A stretch of DNA of 63,249 bases, the filler included, from Folioceros fuciformis (lineage: Eukaryota): assembly GCA_049999805.1 (NCBI GenBank). It is 26 parts of 26 records of this genome, joined end to end, with 100 filler letters (N's around TTAATTAATTAA, not from the genome) between each part and the next. Parts side by side here need not be neighbours in the genome. Positions count along the whole stretch, not along the records: positions 1 to 1,665 come from JBNGIO010000802.1; positions 1,766 to 4,781 come from JBNGIO010000803.1; positions 4,882 to 7,860 come from JBNGIO010000804.1; positions 7,961 to 10,286 come from JBNGIO010000805.1; positions 10,387 to 11,944 come from JBNGIO010000806.1; 21 more parts are not named here. One strand, written 5' to 3'. The notes under the pieces are model-generated. The model saw only the letters and a program-made list of their open reading frames with translations, made no database searches and had not been told where the DNA came from. The position numbers and the translations under genes were made by a program. Positions 1 through 12,044 of the stretch are shown piece after piece. The first letter of the stretch is position 1. Each line of letters opens with the position of its first letter.

Positions 1-284
1 CCCTTTGGCCTGGCGCCCGCTTTGCCTGGCATCGCTTAACCCTTCGCCTGGCCTGGCTGTGCTGGAACCTCAAGGTCTCGCGACGCCCTGCGGCTGGGGC
101 GTCCACCTCCCGCGGCGCCCTCCACCTATGCCCTGAAGCAGCCTGTGCACACGCGCTCCCGGTCCCCTCGGTCCTCGGGATGCCACAGAGCCCTTGTTCA
201 CTTCAATGTTGCCATCCTCACAGTTACCTTGTGCACCACCTCGTTCGAAGCAGCTACATCCCTCACCCTCTTGCTCCGCACCTA

Positions 285-558
285 CTCTAATACCACTTGT
301 AGGATCGCTACAGGAGCTACATGGTGAAGGAGGAGGGGAGAAAAGAGAGGTCACACTCTCACACAGAGTCTCAATATGCAAGGGAGCTCAAGGGGGTATT
401 TATACCCTTCTAGAAGAGCTCCCTAGGAAGCTTCACAAGAACCGCACAGGAAGTTGCGCAAGAAGCTTCCTACAAATTAGCTTAAGCTAATCTAAACTAA
501 TGGTACTTAACTAGACACTAATCTTAGACTAAACACATTGGGCTTTAATAACCCTACA
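285..558 (-). mobile_element. LTR family A, 5' LTR (298-558) plus tRNA-iMet-type primer binding site (285-295)
   Basis: Inverted termini TGTAGG...CCTACA. On the minus strand the LTR is followed by AG-TGGTATTAGAG. Near-identical copies lie at 3313, 23195, 31073 and 54324. Confidence 0.9.
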
Positions 559-726
559 GCACGCAGCCCAGGCGCATTGGCCGCACACCTTAGGTTCCTA
601 AGGTGCAACCCTCCCCATCCCTCCTACACCATTCAAGAGGGTCCTGAGGCTAGCGTAAGGCGCAATGGCCCCCGTGCCATTGTCAACCTGCCATGGCCCC
701 CTCCAATCAGCACTAGCTAGCCATGG

Positions 727-1665
727 TGTGGAGTGATTTCTTGCACCCAAGAACCACCCAAGGGGCCACACATTCCCCTATTGTCATTGCAGTCCTATGG
801 TTCGCTCCCAAGGGAGTGAACTAGTGCCAAGGAACACTACCTATCACACTTCTACCAATCAGCCGGTCTATAGGTCTGTCCATACACTCACAACAAAAGG
901 GCTAGAAGCCTAGCCGACCCCCTAAGTCAGCTCACCCAACTCACACTCCTGTTCTTCAGTTCTCCAGCTCTTCTTGATCCCCACTTCAGCCACTTCCTCC
1001 TTACTTCAGTCCTCCAAGATTCCCACTTCAGCCCCTTCCTTTTTACTTCAGTCCTTCACCCTCCACTTCAACACACACTCCTACTCTTCAGGAGCTCACT
1101 CTTCACTTCTATGCATTACACTCCAACTCTTCCTCTCTTTTCTTCAGCTCTCCCCCCTGGAAATTAGGGCACAATGGCTTCACTTCTTGCAGCCCTCAAG
1201 TATAGTGTGGATCTAGGACTGGATAGCCCTTCAGCTCACGGTCCTGTTCCTTCACTTCAGCCAACCTGCGATTCATGTAGCCCTTGCGGATCCGGCCACA
1301 CGGATCTTGACAGCCCCGGGATCCCCACGTTCCCCTAGTGGCAAGGGGAATCAGGACTTTGGGTCGACCTCAACCGGCTCAGCGCCCTAAGCCAGGAGTT
1401 CTACCCACAAAATCCGGGGACCTCACACCATAGACCGCCCCCTTCTCAATGGCAGGCCTCCCCTAGTAGCCTAGCCCTCATCTCTGTCTACTAGGGTTAA
1501 CTTGAGTCAACTACCTAGCCATCTCTCTCTCTGACTTCAACCATCCTACATCCAGTCCTGACCTAAACCTAATCTAGGCCGGACCTAGACCTAATCTAGG
1601 CCTGACCTAGACCTAATCCAGGCCTGACCTAGACCTAATCTAGGCCTGACCTAGACCTAATCTAG
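727..1665 (-). mobile_element. LTR family D (long gypsy LTR), partial
   Basis: Reverse-complement similarity to 19558-20163 (e.g. CCACGTTCCCCTAGTGG; terminus ...ACTCCACA). That copy precedes a tRNA-Asp PBS and gag. Confidence 0.75.
1556..1665. repeat. 22-bp tandem repeat (CCTGACCTAGACCTAATCTAGG), about 5 copies, running into the gap
   Basis: Directly visible tandem units. Confidence 0.9.
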
Positions 1666-1765
1666 NNNNNNNNNNNNNNNNNNNNNNNNNNNNNNNNNNN
1701 NNNNNNNNNTTAATTAATTAANNNNNNNNNNNNNNNNNNNNNNNNNNNNNNNNNNNNNNNNNNNN
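1666..1765. other. Artificial contig spacer (N44-TTAATTAATTAA-N44); the first of 25 identical spacers, the last at 61288-61387
   Basis: An identical 100-bp structure recurs 25 times. The 12-mer gives stops in all six frames, and the sequences on either side are unrelated. Confidence 0.97.
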
Positions 1766-2886
1766 GCGCAGGCCAAAGAAGTGTGTACGGTGTGCATAAT
1801 ATTATATCGTGCAATTGCTGCCAGGCAGCTGCTGCAGTGTCTGTGTTTTCGATCTGTTGGACATTCCCATGACGCATAGCCTGGATGATCACGTTGTGTG
1901 CTTGTTGATTAGCGTCTTCCTAGTCCTCCTTTTCTTTTGCTGTTCCGTTGGTTGGGTAGGCTATGGGAACAGGGGGGTTGCCTATGCCTTCTACGTAGCC
2001 CCATAATTTTCTCTCCTTTAGGATATTTTTATTCTACATTTCCATGTTGGAAAGTTTTGCTACTGAGCATCAAGCTTGTCTTCTTTGGACAGGCTAGTGT
2101 GGGAGGACATGGTGTTGGTGGCGTTCTAAACGCTGAAGACAGTGTTTCTAATTATACTAGATACATCTAACTGCATGGCGAGGACAACTCTGTAAGTTCG
2201 TTGAGGGAATTTGATGTGGGAATGTGATTCGTCTAGACTGTTGATTTTCTATATTATTGAGGTTTGTGTTTCTTGAATTTCCTTCGCAGATGGGAGCATG
2301 AAGAGGTTGTGCTGTCTACATAGAGAACTGAGGTGAGAGGTTACTTTCTCCTTGACATCTGTGAGTGAGATGGGAGCGATGATGTCTAAACATGTGGTAA
2401 ATTCCCTTTTCATCGTTGATGGAAGAGGTATTCTACCTGGATGTATGAGAAGTCATAATCATTATGTTCTAGGTGACCTATGAGGAGTAGTTCTTCGCCA
2501 ATTAAAAAGTAGGACACCGCAGGTCCTGAACCAGCCATAATGAAAAAGGTTTTCCTGTGCCTCTTTGAGGTATTGAATCTCTTTGTTGGACCTTTGCCAT
2601 TGAAGGTATTTGGCTTTTTTTTTTCTGCCTTCTTTGCAAGGCGCCTTAGCCTCTGATCACCAGGCTCTAGGTCACAATTGGCGGGGCATTATGGTGTGGC
2701 TGGTATGGATGAGATCAATGATCAGAGGGAAGGGATCCTGCTCTGATACCATGTAATTATCAGGATTAGATTTGCATTGAAACGCTGCGAGCGTACTCGT
2801 AACCGTTCGCTTAAGTCCGACTTTTGGTATCTAGTCAGTAGACCAAAATGTGCCCTAACCTAGGCAGTAGATATGCATTAATAACA
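1766..2886 (-). mobile_element. Ty1/copia 5' end: short LTR (2752-2886), PBS (2740-2751), leader, degenerate gag (about 2110-1766)
   Basis: TGT...ACA LTR and TGGTATCAGAGC on the minus strand. Gag-like translation with stops and frameshifts: SLSKEDKLD..NFPTWK..LWGYVEG..IENTDTAAAAWQQL. Confidence 0.8.
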
Positions 2887-2889
2887 GGC

Positions 2890-3310
2890 CCACCTTTGAT
2901 ACCCTACAGTCAGTATTTGGGCAATCAACATGTGCACCTCCATGCTCTTCTGAAAGGCACTAGTGCTATGCACTAGCCTTTTTCAAGCACAGCAAAGTAA
3001 CATGGTCAGCGAAAATGAGGCCCTCCGGCTCTAGTCATCCACACACAACCAGCGCTTCTTGTTCGAGCAAGCCCGTGCTTCGCATACCTAGTCTCATAGC
3101 ATTCCAGATGGAATATTCCACTCGCACCTCAAATGGACACCGAGATCAATGTACTCGTCGCTTCACAAATAAATCCTTCTTACAGACGGACACTTTCGAA
3201 ACTTTGCCTCTAATTACAAAATAGGTGTAGATGTGACAATAATGAGCATCTTGGCATTCATGTATGTATTATTTGTTGTAGGTTTCAAAACATTCACTCA
3301 TGACCATGGT
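2890..3310 (-). pseudogene. Probable degenerate PPR gene fragment
   Basis: Frameshifted minus-strand pieces SIWNAM / YAKHGLA / EALV / ADHVTLLCLKKA resemble PLS-class PPR motifs. Confidence 0.4.
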
Positions 3311-3312
3311 GG

Positions 3313-3571
3313 TGTAGGGTTATTAAAGCCCAATGTGTTTAGTCTAAGATTAGTGTCTAGTTAAGTATCATTAGTTTTGATTAGCTTAAGCTAATCTGTA
3401 GGAAGCTTCTTGCGCAGCTTCCTGTGCGCTTCTTGTGAAGCTTCCTAGGGAGCTCTTCTAGAGGGTATAAATACCCCCTTGAGCTCCCTTGCATATTAAG
3501 ACTCATTGTGAGAGTGTGACCTCTCTTTCTCCTCTCCTCCTTCACCATGTAGCTCCTGGAGCGATCCTTCA
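3313..3571 (+). mobile_element. LTR family A, probable solo LTR
   Basis: Complete copy TGTAGGG...CCTTCA with no PBS or PPT. Flanks GGTGG / AGTGG resemble a 5-bp target-site duplication with one mismatch. Confidence 0.8.
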
Positions 3572-4414
3572 AGTGGAACAACGCACATGACATTGGAGCA
3601 CCATGGACCACTGGATCACTAACATTGTGGTTTAACTTCTTCCAAACATGGCATAAGGAAACCTTGTGGCCAAACTCCTTACACACCTAGCAAAAGGGAA
3701 CGTGGTGGCTAAACTTCGTACACACTTAACAAAAGGTAACATACGTTATCTACCTTTTTGGCTAAGGGCAGTTGGAGGCTTAGTGCCTTGGCATGTTGCT
3801 ATTAAAACAACATCCTACTGGAATTAACATCAATTATTAGGACGAAGCAAACCTCCACTGCCCTAGTAAGGTTGGTCGTACACTATGGAATTAATAAATT
3901 GGGACTATCTGAAGTCTCTCTCTGTGTACAGTCGGCCGAAGTTGTTACAATTATTGTATTATTAATTTTAATGTTTGATTTGCTCTTTGATTTTAGATTG
4001 TAGAAGTGGCAAGGCCAAAGTCTATTGCGGTAGCCATGAACCAAGTCTTAGAGCTTGTGAAAGAAGCTAAACTGCTTATAGGTCTAAAAGGGAAGGATCA
4101 TTATCGGAGAAAACTCTAGAGAGGACTTCGACTAGGGTGTGCATGACCATAGGAGTTATGTCAGATTAACAACTAAGGCAACAACAAGCATAAGGAGGCT
4201 TTATTTTTTCTCCTTTTGCTTCTTCCTCCTCCCACCAACCTCTCCCTCTTCTTGTCTGTACACAGGTTGGCTGGTTCTTCATAGGAGAAATCACTCTAGC
4301 CTAACATCTTAGACTTTTCTCCATGCTCAAGCATTGTAACTCATGCACCTAGTGTGTCCCATGTTTTAGACTTTTCTCCATGGTCAAGCATGGTGTTCCA
4401 TGTTTTGGACTTTT

Positions 4415-4610
4415 TATCGGGTTAATAAAGTCCAATGTGCTTATACTAATGTGTTTAGTGTAAGTTTAGTGTTTAGTTCAGTACCATTAGTTTAGATTAG
4501 CTTAAGCTAATCAGTTGGAAGCTTCTTGTGCAGCTTCCGATGCGCTCCTTGCGCAGCTTTCAATGCGCTTCTTGCGTAGCTTCCGATACGCTTCTTGCGC
4601 AGCTTTCTGA
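4415..4610 (+). mobile_element. Diverged relative of LTR family A with expanded GCTTCTTGCGCAGCTT subrepeats
   Basis: Shares GGGTTAATAAAG..CCAATGTG and TTAGCTTAAGCTAATC with family A. Confidence 0.65.
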
Positions 4611-4881
4611 ATGCTGTGTTTGAATTTGCTCTCAGGCAGTTCGCATCTAGAGCAAGGTAGCTTGGAAGTCACACGTTTCTTTCTCATGGCAGGTGGGTGG
4701 AAGAGTATCAAATAGATGGTTTCCACTTCCATTTGCTGCAGTCCATGTTTTACAACCACAATGGATTTGCAGAGTTCACAANNNNNNNNNNNNNNNNNNN
4801 NNNNNNNNNNNNNNNNNNNNNNNNNTTAATTAATTAANNNNNNNNNNNNNNNNNNNNNNNNNNNNNNNNNNNNNNNNNNNN

Positions 4882-7030
4882 GTAGACCCTAAGACCTACA
4901 ACATCACCCTTGCACGGACTGTTACCTTCATGGAGCTTGCTAAGCCAGCCTCAGAGGGAACCGCCCCAGCCAAGGACCCAGCTCCCCCTGACTCAGACCC
5001 TTTATCAAGCTTCCCTTCGAAGGACGGTGACCCCCGCACTCTTGACATAGTGGATGCCGACTCGGATGTTGAGGACGGCCACCCACCCTTTCAGGACCTG
5101 CCACCTGAAGACCATACTGGTGCTTTCGGTAACCCACCTCCTGCCGCCGACGATGCTGACGGTGACTTGCTGCCCGCACCTAACATTCATGCCCCTGATG
5201 GAACACCACCGGCTGCTCCACCACTTGTGTCGGGCGGATGTGAGACGGCACCTACTATGCTGCCTCTGCCAGATCCTACACCAGCTTCTGACCCTCGCTG
5301 CAGCACCCGTCACCAGTGGGCTGAGCCACCCTATCAGTCAGTGGATTTTCAAACTGCCTTCAGTTCCCTCTCCACTGCCTTAACCCCTTCCTCCTCTTTA
5401 CCTAAGGAGTCAGCTACTCTAACCCAAGCACTCACGGGCCCTGAGTCCTCCCAGTGGCGGCTCGCAGTGGAGGATGAATACCATAGTTTGGTTCAAAACA
5501 AAACTTGGGAGCTAGTCGACCCGCCCCTTGGGAGGAAGCCCGTCTCATGTAAATGGACGTTCAAGCTAAAGTTGAACGCCCAAGGCCAGGTAGCCCAATT
5601 CAAAGCTCGCTTGGTGGCTGGTGGGTTCTCCCAAGTTGAAGGCCTTGACTATCAAGAGACCTTTTCTCCAGTGGTACGTGCTCAATCCATCCGGATTCTG
5701 CTTGCCCTTGCCGCTGAGCTCAACCTTAAGCTCCACCAAATGGACGTGAAGACTACTTTTCTTTACAGCAATCTAGATGAGGAGCTCTACATGAAATAGC
5801 CTGAAGGCTATGTCAGCAAGCAACACCCAGGCAAAGTCCTAAGGCTAAGAAAGTGTATCTACGGCCTTAAGCAAAGTGGCCGGGTTTGGTACACCACCAT
5901 GCACGCCTACCTCCTGAGTGTCTCTTTCACCCAGAGCACAGCCGACGGCAACGTATACAAGCTGTCTTGAGGCCCCCATTTTGTGGTCCTTGCCCTCTAT
6001 GTTGACGATCTTATTCTTGCAGCAAACAACTCCGAAATGCTAGCAGAGGTCAAGCAACTCCTGAGCGCTCGCTTCGAAATGAAGGATATAGGTGAACTCC
6101 AATTTTGCCTTGGCATACAAATCCTTTGCAACAGGACAGAAGGAAGATTGGTCATCCACCGGCTGAAGTACATCAACGAGATACTACGAAAGTTTAAGTT
6201 GGATCAAGCCAAGTCGGTATCCACTCCCTATGCCGTGGGCACTAAGCTCTCAGCCGACCAGTGCCCACAGACAAAGGAGGAAGCCAAAGAGATGCAAGGG
6301 ATCCCCTACCGTCATGCCGTAGGTGCCTCATCTTCGTCAGTGGATGGACAAGGCCAGACATCCAATACTCTGTCTCCACGGTATCCCAATTCTTGGAGTC
6401 GCCTGGCAAGGCACACTGGGCTGCCGTCAAGAGGGTGTTCCGCTACCTAAAGGGAACCCTAACATATGGACTTGTATACCAAAGTGGAGGAACAGGCAAG
6501 CTCTCACTCACTGGTTATACGGATGCCGATTGGGCATTTGATCCCGACTCAAGGAAAAGTTTGAGCACACATTGCTTCCTACTATCCGCAGCCACAGTGA
6601 TCTAGAGCTGCAAGAAGTAGACCTCCATAGCACTATCTTCCACGGAGGCCGAGTATAAATCCCTTACAGACGCCTCTAAAGAAGCTGAATGGGAAAGGGC
6701 TTTTCCATCCAACATAGGCCAAAAGCAAGATCATCCCACACCCCTTCACTGCGACAACATGTCAGCCTTGGCACTGATCTCCAACCCCAAATTTCACGCC
6801 AGGACAAAACATATAAAGATTCAGCACCACTACATCTACGACGTAGTGGAGCGTAAGGTGGTACAAGCTGGCTACGTGCCCATAGAGGAAAACCTAGCAG
6901 ACCTTTTGACAAAGGGCCTGCCCAAGTCGAGACACTACCAGCACATGCAGAGAATGGGACTTGTGGACTACTCACCCTACCTCTCTACCAACCAAGTACA
7001 AGGGAGGACTCACTTGACAGAGGGAGCATG
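4882..7030 (+). mobile_element. Ty1/copia pol remnant: reverse transcriptase and RNase H
   Basis: Motifs KARLVAGGFSQ, HQMDVKT, LYVDDL, GYTDADWA and HARTKHI, with several stops and frameshifts. Confidence 0.95.
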
Positions 7031-7073
7031 ACTACTACTTAGCTCTTGACTAAAGAGTTAGGTTATGTCTCAC

Positions 7074-7860
7074 TGTGAACCTCCAAAGTTTGGGGTAGTA
7101 GTTTGTTTTGGTTGAAAAAGGGTTGATAGTGGTATGGTTTGGTTTTCTTTTTCAACTTATTTTCCCTAATTTTCCTTGATTTTTGGGTCATTTTTCCTAT
7201 TTTTCTTTGTATTAATTAGGTTAATTGACCAGGAAATAGTTGGTTTGGTTATAAGAGTGGGTATAGGTTTGGTCCCAGACCTGGGAAGGTTTAGGTTCGG
7301 TACCAGGCCATAGGGTTGGGTGATTAGTTTAATATTAATTAAAGATATATAATATTAAATAATAATATAATAATATAATAATATAATAATGGTTTGAACA
7401 TAGGAACGGGTATCTGGGTATGTTAGTGTCAGGGGTCAAGGTCTGACGATAGGCTGGCTGATTGCTTGGCTGGCATGAACGGCCATGGAGACCATGCCCT
7501 AGCTTGAGCTAGAGGCAGGGGTTGCGGCCGCCTCCATCCCTTTTCCCCCTTTCTTCCTTTCTCCCTTGCTCCTCCATTCCCTTCTTGCCCCCTCTCCTTC
7601 TTCTTCCCCTTCCGTCTCATCTCCCTTCCCACCGTTTTGTGCCTCTTCTTCTTCTTTGGATCCAGATTGCAAGCAGGAGGAGGGATCGACGAAGATGAAA
7701 TAGGAGGTGTGCAGGAGAGGAGGCTGAGGCGAGCTGCAGGATTCGGCCGATGAAGGGCCAGGCCTGCCTTCTTCTGCTTCCCGCTGATTTCTTGCCCCGT
7801 TCCCCTCCTGCCCTGTCCTGATTCCCTCCCCAATCTGCAGTCCCGCTGTTGGCGCTACCA
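7074..7860 (+). mobile_element. LTR family B, 5' part, inserted just after the copia pol
   Basis: Starts TGTGAACCTCCAAAGTTTGGGGTAG. The same start occurs at 51571 and, in reverse, at 56213. Confidence 0.8.
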
Positions 7861-7960
7861 NNNNNNNNNNNNNNNNNNNNNNNNNNNNNNNNNNNNNNNN
7901 NNNNTTAATTAATTAANNNNNNNNNNNNNNNNNNNNNNNNNNNNNNNNNNNNNNNNNNNN

Positions 7961-9697
7961 TCAAAACCTGCCCTCGTAGCTGTTAAGGAGGAACCAAGAT
8001 CGTCCCCTCCTGCTTTCGAGACTTTGGAAGCTGCCTACAAGGAGTTCAAGTACAACGAAGCCTGAGCAACGCTCTCTCCATCACCAAAATCTATGGCAGT
8101 CGATCACACACATCAACACTAATCTTGTGAACGTTGCTGAAACTGTTCGGCGCATTGAGTCAAGCTTTGATAGGGCGAGTGTACCGGAAAAAAATATTGG
8201 AGCACAGGACCCAACTAATGCGTTGTAGGTGGCTGCTGTGAGTGTGATTGCTTTGAACTCTCCTGGAAAAATTTTGCTCACACTACATTTGTGTTTTTCT
8301 GAGCCTTGTGTCACAACACGCTGCTCGTTTACACAATTGTGGAGCCAAGGATTTGACCATGTTTGGAGTCACTCCACCACTACCGCCACCTCCGCCATCT
8401 CTGGCTCCTGTAATTAATGTTATGAATGTCTCTACTGATTTCAAAGGGAGAGATAGGTTCAACGGGACCAAATATGAGATTTGGTCTCGACGGATGAAGA
8501 CAGCTCTCAACACACGCGATCTTCTCCCTCTGGTGGAGGATGTTTCCCCCAAGCCTACTGCACCTCAGTTGGCAGTTGATGCGTGGCTCAAGCTGGATCG
8601 TCAAGCCATGCAAATGTTGGTTTCTGGCCTTGACGAAACCACCTTGCATCACACCGATGGTGCGACTACTTCAGCAGAGGCCTGGAAGCAGATCAATGAC
8701 ATCTATTAGTCAACGAATGTGATGACCTTGGTCACCGTCCGACAAGAGTTTTACACTCTTCAGATGCAACAAGGTGATAGTATTGCCCATCACGTGAGCC
8801 GATTCAGGTACCTTCGGGCACAATTGGCTGCACTCAGGACTACAATGTCTGAATTTGATACTGCTGTCTACCTTCTGGCTAGCCTTCCGGCTAGTTATCA
8901 GTCGTTCGTCTCTTCACAAAACCAGTCGGTCCAGACTTCACAACGAGCAGTGGCGGCTGGTGGACAATCCACCCTAACTGTGTCCGAGCTTGCTGGCGCA
9001 TGCCTTCAGGAGGAGGCATCCCGCTTCAACTCCGACACATCTAAACATGGTGGAGAGCGAGTGATGTTTGTGACTCGAGGACAGTCACCAAATCAACATC
9101 AGAAGAGAGGCATAACCCTCGGAGAAACAACAACTCCGGCACAACAAAGGCTGCTCCTTCTACCTCTTCTTCCTCCAAGCCTACGAAACGTCAAGGGACG
9201 TGCAATTGGTGTCACTCACCCGGCCACTGGGAGCGGGAGTGCAGGAAGAAGCAAGCCGGTGAGGCCAAGCGTGAGATCAAGACTGCCAATACAGCTGTCG
9301 TCTCCAAGGCCAAGAACCAGTCCAAGTCTGAGATTGCTTTAACCGTGTGCTTGGTAGCTTCAGAGTTCAGGGCCTCCTTGTTGCTGGACTCCGCGGCCAC
9401 TGCCCATATCTGCAGCTCCAAGCACATGTTTACTTCCTACACAGCGACAACTGACACTCAACGTTTTGTGTTGTTGGGCGATGACTCTGGCCTTGCTATT
9501 GCTGGAGTTGGTTCCGTGACATTCACACTAGAGGTTGGTTCCTCCCTTGTGTTAAATAGTGTGCTCCACGTCCCGCAGATGGCTAAGAATTTGATATCCG
9601 TTCACCAATTTCTGCTTGATGGAGCTTTTTGGCTGGAGTTTGGATGTGAGGATTGTTTCCTCTATCGTTCCTCTCAGCCAAGGCAAGTTGTAGCCAG
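7961..9697 (+). mobile_element. Ty1/copia gag and protease remnant with a coding-like upstream region
   Basis: DRFNGTKYEIWSRRM gag N-terminus, a frameshifted zinc knuckle, and protease LLDSAATAHIC...LHVPQMAKNLISV. Confidence 0.9.
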
Positions 9698-10286
9698 TGT
9701 TGAAAGTATTTTATGACATTTAGATACTATACATTACCAACATTGTTACTTAGTTAGGTTACATAGTTTGTTTGGTTGTTCTAGCGGTTATGGCAGTTGC
9801 ATGCTTTATGAGCGTTTTTGTATCAATCACAATGCAATGAATGTGTGTGCTTTTTAGGATCATGTTTGTGTAAAAGCATTGAAGAATGTGAACATGGTAT
9901 CAGAGCTCAACGCTTTGATCCTTGGGTCTTGCCATTCATCATCTAGAGTCTGAGTGCATTTATTTTTCTCAAGAGAAATGAATTATCTTGTGTGTATGTG
10001 AGTTTCTTGCCTAACCCACAATGCGTAGGTAGCATAATAAAAATGCCTCGGAAGAGCCCTTGGCTTCTTGAGTCAGAGAGATTCCTCGAGTCCAAGGGGA
10101 CAAATCTGAATTTTTTTTCCACTGAATTTGAGCGGTTGTATTTCCAAGAACATGTCACTCCACTACAGGAAGTAGGCAGGAGGAGGTTTTTACAATCTTT
10201 CTTGATAAGGCATTTTTCAAATAAAGAAGCACCCGAATCATCTCGGGCCAAGGATTATAGCAACCTATGCACTGGTGAGCCGGAAG
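9698..10286 (+). mobile_element. Nested LTR element 5' end: 197-bp LTR (9698-9894), PBS (9895-9906), non-gag ORF from ATG 10043
   Basis: TGTT...AACA followed directly by TGGTATCAGAGC. It interrupts the protease region of the host element. Confidence 0.85.
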
Positions 10287-10386
10287 NNNNNNNNNNNNNN
10301 NNNNNNNNNNNNNNNNNNNNNNNNNNNNNNTTAATTAATTAANNNNNNNNNNNNNNNNNNNNNNNNNNNNNNNNNNNNNNNNNNNN

Positions 10387-10632
10387 AAATTTGCGGAAGT
10401 GGCCATGTCGTGCGTGGCTGCCTCCAGCGACGACAGGCCCCCGATGAACAAGGTGGTGTCCGACATTGGTCAGTCCCTGGAAATGGAATTCGGTCCCCAC
10501 GCGCGTGGGAACAGCTCAGGACACAGCGGGAGCAGCACCAAACCGGCTTCTGACTGGTCGCAGACAAACCCCTACGGTGTCGAGATGCCCTCCCACATCT
10601 TTTACAGCCATGATGGCCCTTCAGCCCGGTAA
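10387..10632 (+). CDS. 3' end of a receptor-like protein kinase (kinase subdomain XI and tail; LRR-I-like)
   Basis: KFAEVAMSCVAASSDDRPPMNKVVSDI...GPSAR*. The C..RPxMxxVV motif and terminal PxAR are typical of plant RLKs. The 5' part is lost in the gap. Confidence 0.8.
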   Translation, partial: KFAEVAMSCVAASSDDRPPMNKVVSDIGQSLEMEFGPHARGNSSGHSGSSTKPASDWSQTNPYGVEMPSHIFYSHDGPSAR

Positions 10633-12044
10633 AAGCACTCTCAGCAGCGTGCATATGGAGAATGGTGCCTCCTAACCAGCCTTCGCCGTTTCTCCGAGCT
10701 TGGAGTGCCAGCCGTATTTGGCCACGACGTTTTCAGTGTGTCGGAGGAGCTTGGCTTGCTGCGATTTTGGCCGGTGCACCGGTTCTTGTCGCTTTTGTAA
10801 CGACGGTACAGGAAGGATAGACAAAGTAGTGAAGCTGTGCGAGAAGGCCCCTCACGGATTTCTTGGAGCGGGAAGCGTTGCATCTTACACGTTGATGGTG
10901 AGCAGACTATCCCACACGACGAGGATGGAGAGTTCATCTGCGTATGGTGCGTCTGCCTGTCGGGGATGCAGAGCTGAGTGCCGCTTCACCGGGGCTGAGA
11001 AAGATGTGTAACAAATGTTTGACAGTCAGCTACAGTACGAGAAAAGGGCAGTCCTCGCCTGTTGCTGGGGCCATGGTGATAATTCATCCATCCTTACGGC
11101 CCCCTTCAGGTTTTGAGGGGAAGTTGAGGTGATTACTGGTGCCTTTGAGTTTGAAGTTGAGCTGTCTGGTCCAGCGTTTCAAACGTTTTTACTGTTTCAC
11201 ACTTGAATTATTCATCAACTTCTCGTATGAACGTGTTCTGTCATTTCTTTATTCATTTGGGTGCCTGAGCAAAGTTAAGATGACTCTTCGTGCAGCCCAT
11301 TACACAGTGAGCCAGACCTTGTGAACTCATATCATCGTCGACATCGACGTAAAGCCGGACCTGATGATCATCCCATGGTTTCAGGTCTGAATGCTTACTT
11401 ATTGATGCGTCGCTAACAGTTTTTTCGTGTGTGCACTTTGTTTTCGTAGCTATGAATCCTTAGTTGCTGAAAATCAAGTTTCTGTTCAACAGCCCAGAAC
11501 ACTCTTATGAGTCGCAGCTGCCTCATGGGAAACCAAACTCAGATGGTGTTCACAGTTTTCCCTCAAGGTGAATTGAGTTTCTATCTTTTCTTTTGTCAGC
11601 CTGGCTGGCAAGTGCAATAACCAGCGGAGTCAACACATATTGAGTCTTCTGCAAGTATCTGCTGTCCTTGCCTTGGAGCTTTTCTTGATGCACAAATAGA
11701 TTCACCTAGTCATCTTGTGGCAGTCCTGAGCATCCTCAAGCGCGCTTCAGGTCGGTGAAGCGTGTAGGCTCAGAAGAAGGAAGTGTGTCAAGCTATTTAT
11801 CCAGATGTCTCTGGTCGTAGAACTCATGTTTTTTCTGGTGATCACGCACTCATGCCTGTTCTTCCATCAAATTTAAGCAGTCCAGAACATGCAAGAACCC
11901 GAGCACGGGTACCATCAATACTCAGTGGCAGTAGGCGTGGACCTNNNNNNNNNNNNNNNNNNNNNNNNNNNNNNNNNNNNNNNNNNNNTTAATTAATTAA
12001 NNNNNNNNNNNNNNNNNNNNNNNNNNNNNNNNNNNNNNNNNNNN

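Noticed and set aside
298-558. Cassandra-type LTR carrying 5S rRNA sequence
   Set aside because: No 5S rRNA similarity is visible in any of the short LTRs.
1710-1721. Recurring TTAATTAATTAA as a biological motif
   Set aside because: It is always centred in 44+44 Ns, so it is an assembly or concatenation linker. ORFs ending in X...LIN are artefacts of it.
4930-7031. Stop-codon readthrough, recoding or U-to-C repair of the many in-frame stops
   Set aside because: The stops fall at different positions in different copies and come with frameshifts. They fit ordinary C-to-T and G-to-A decay, and PPR editing acts on organellar RNA.
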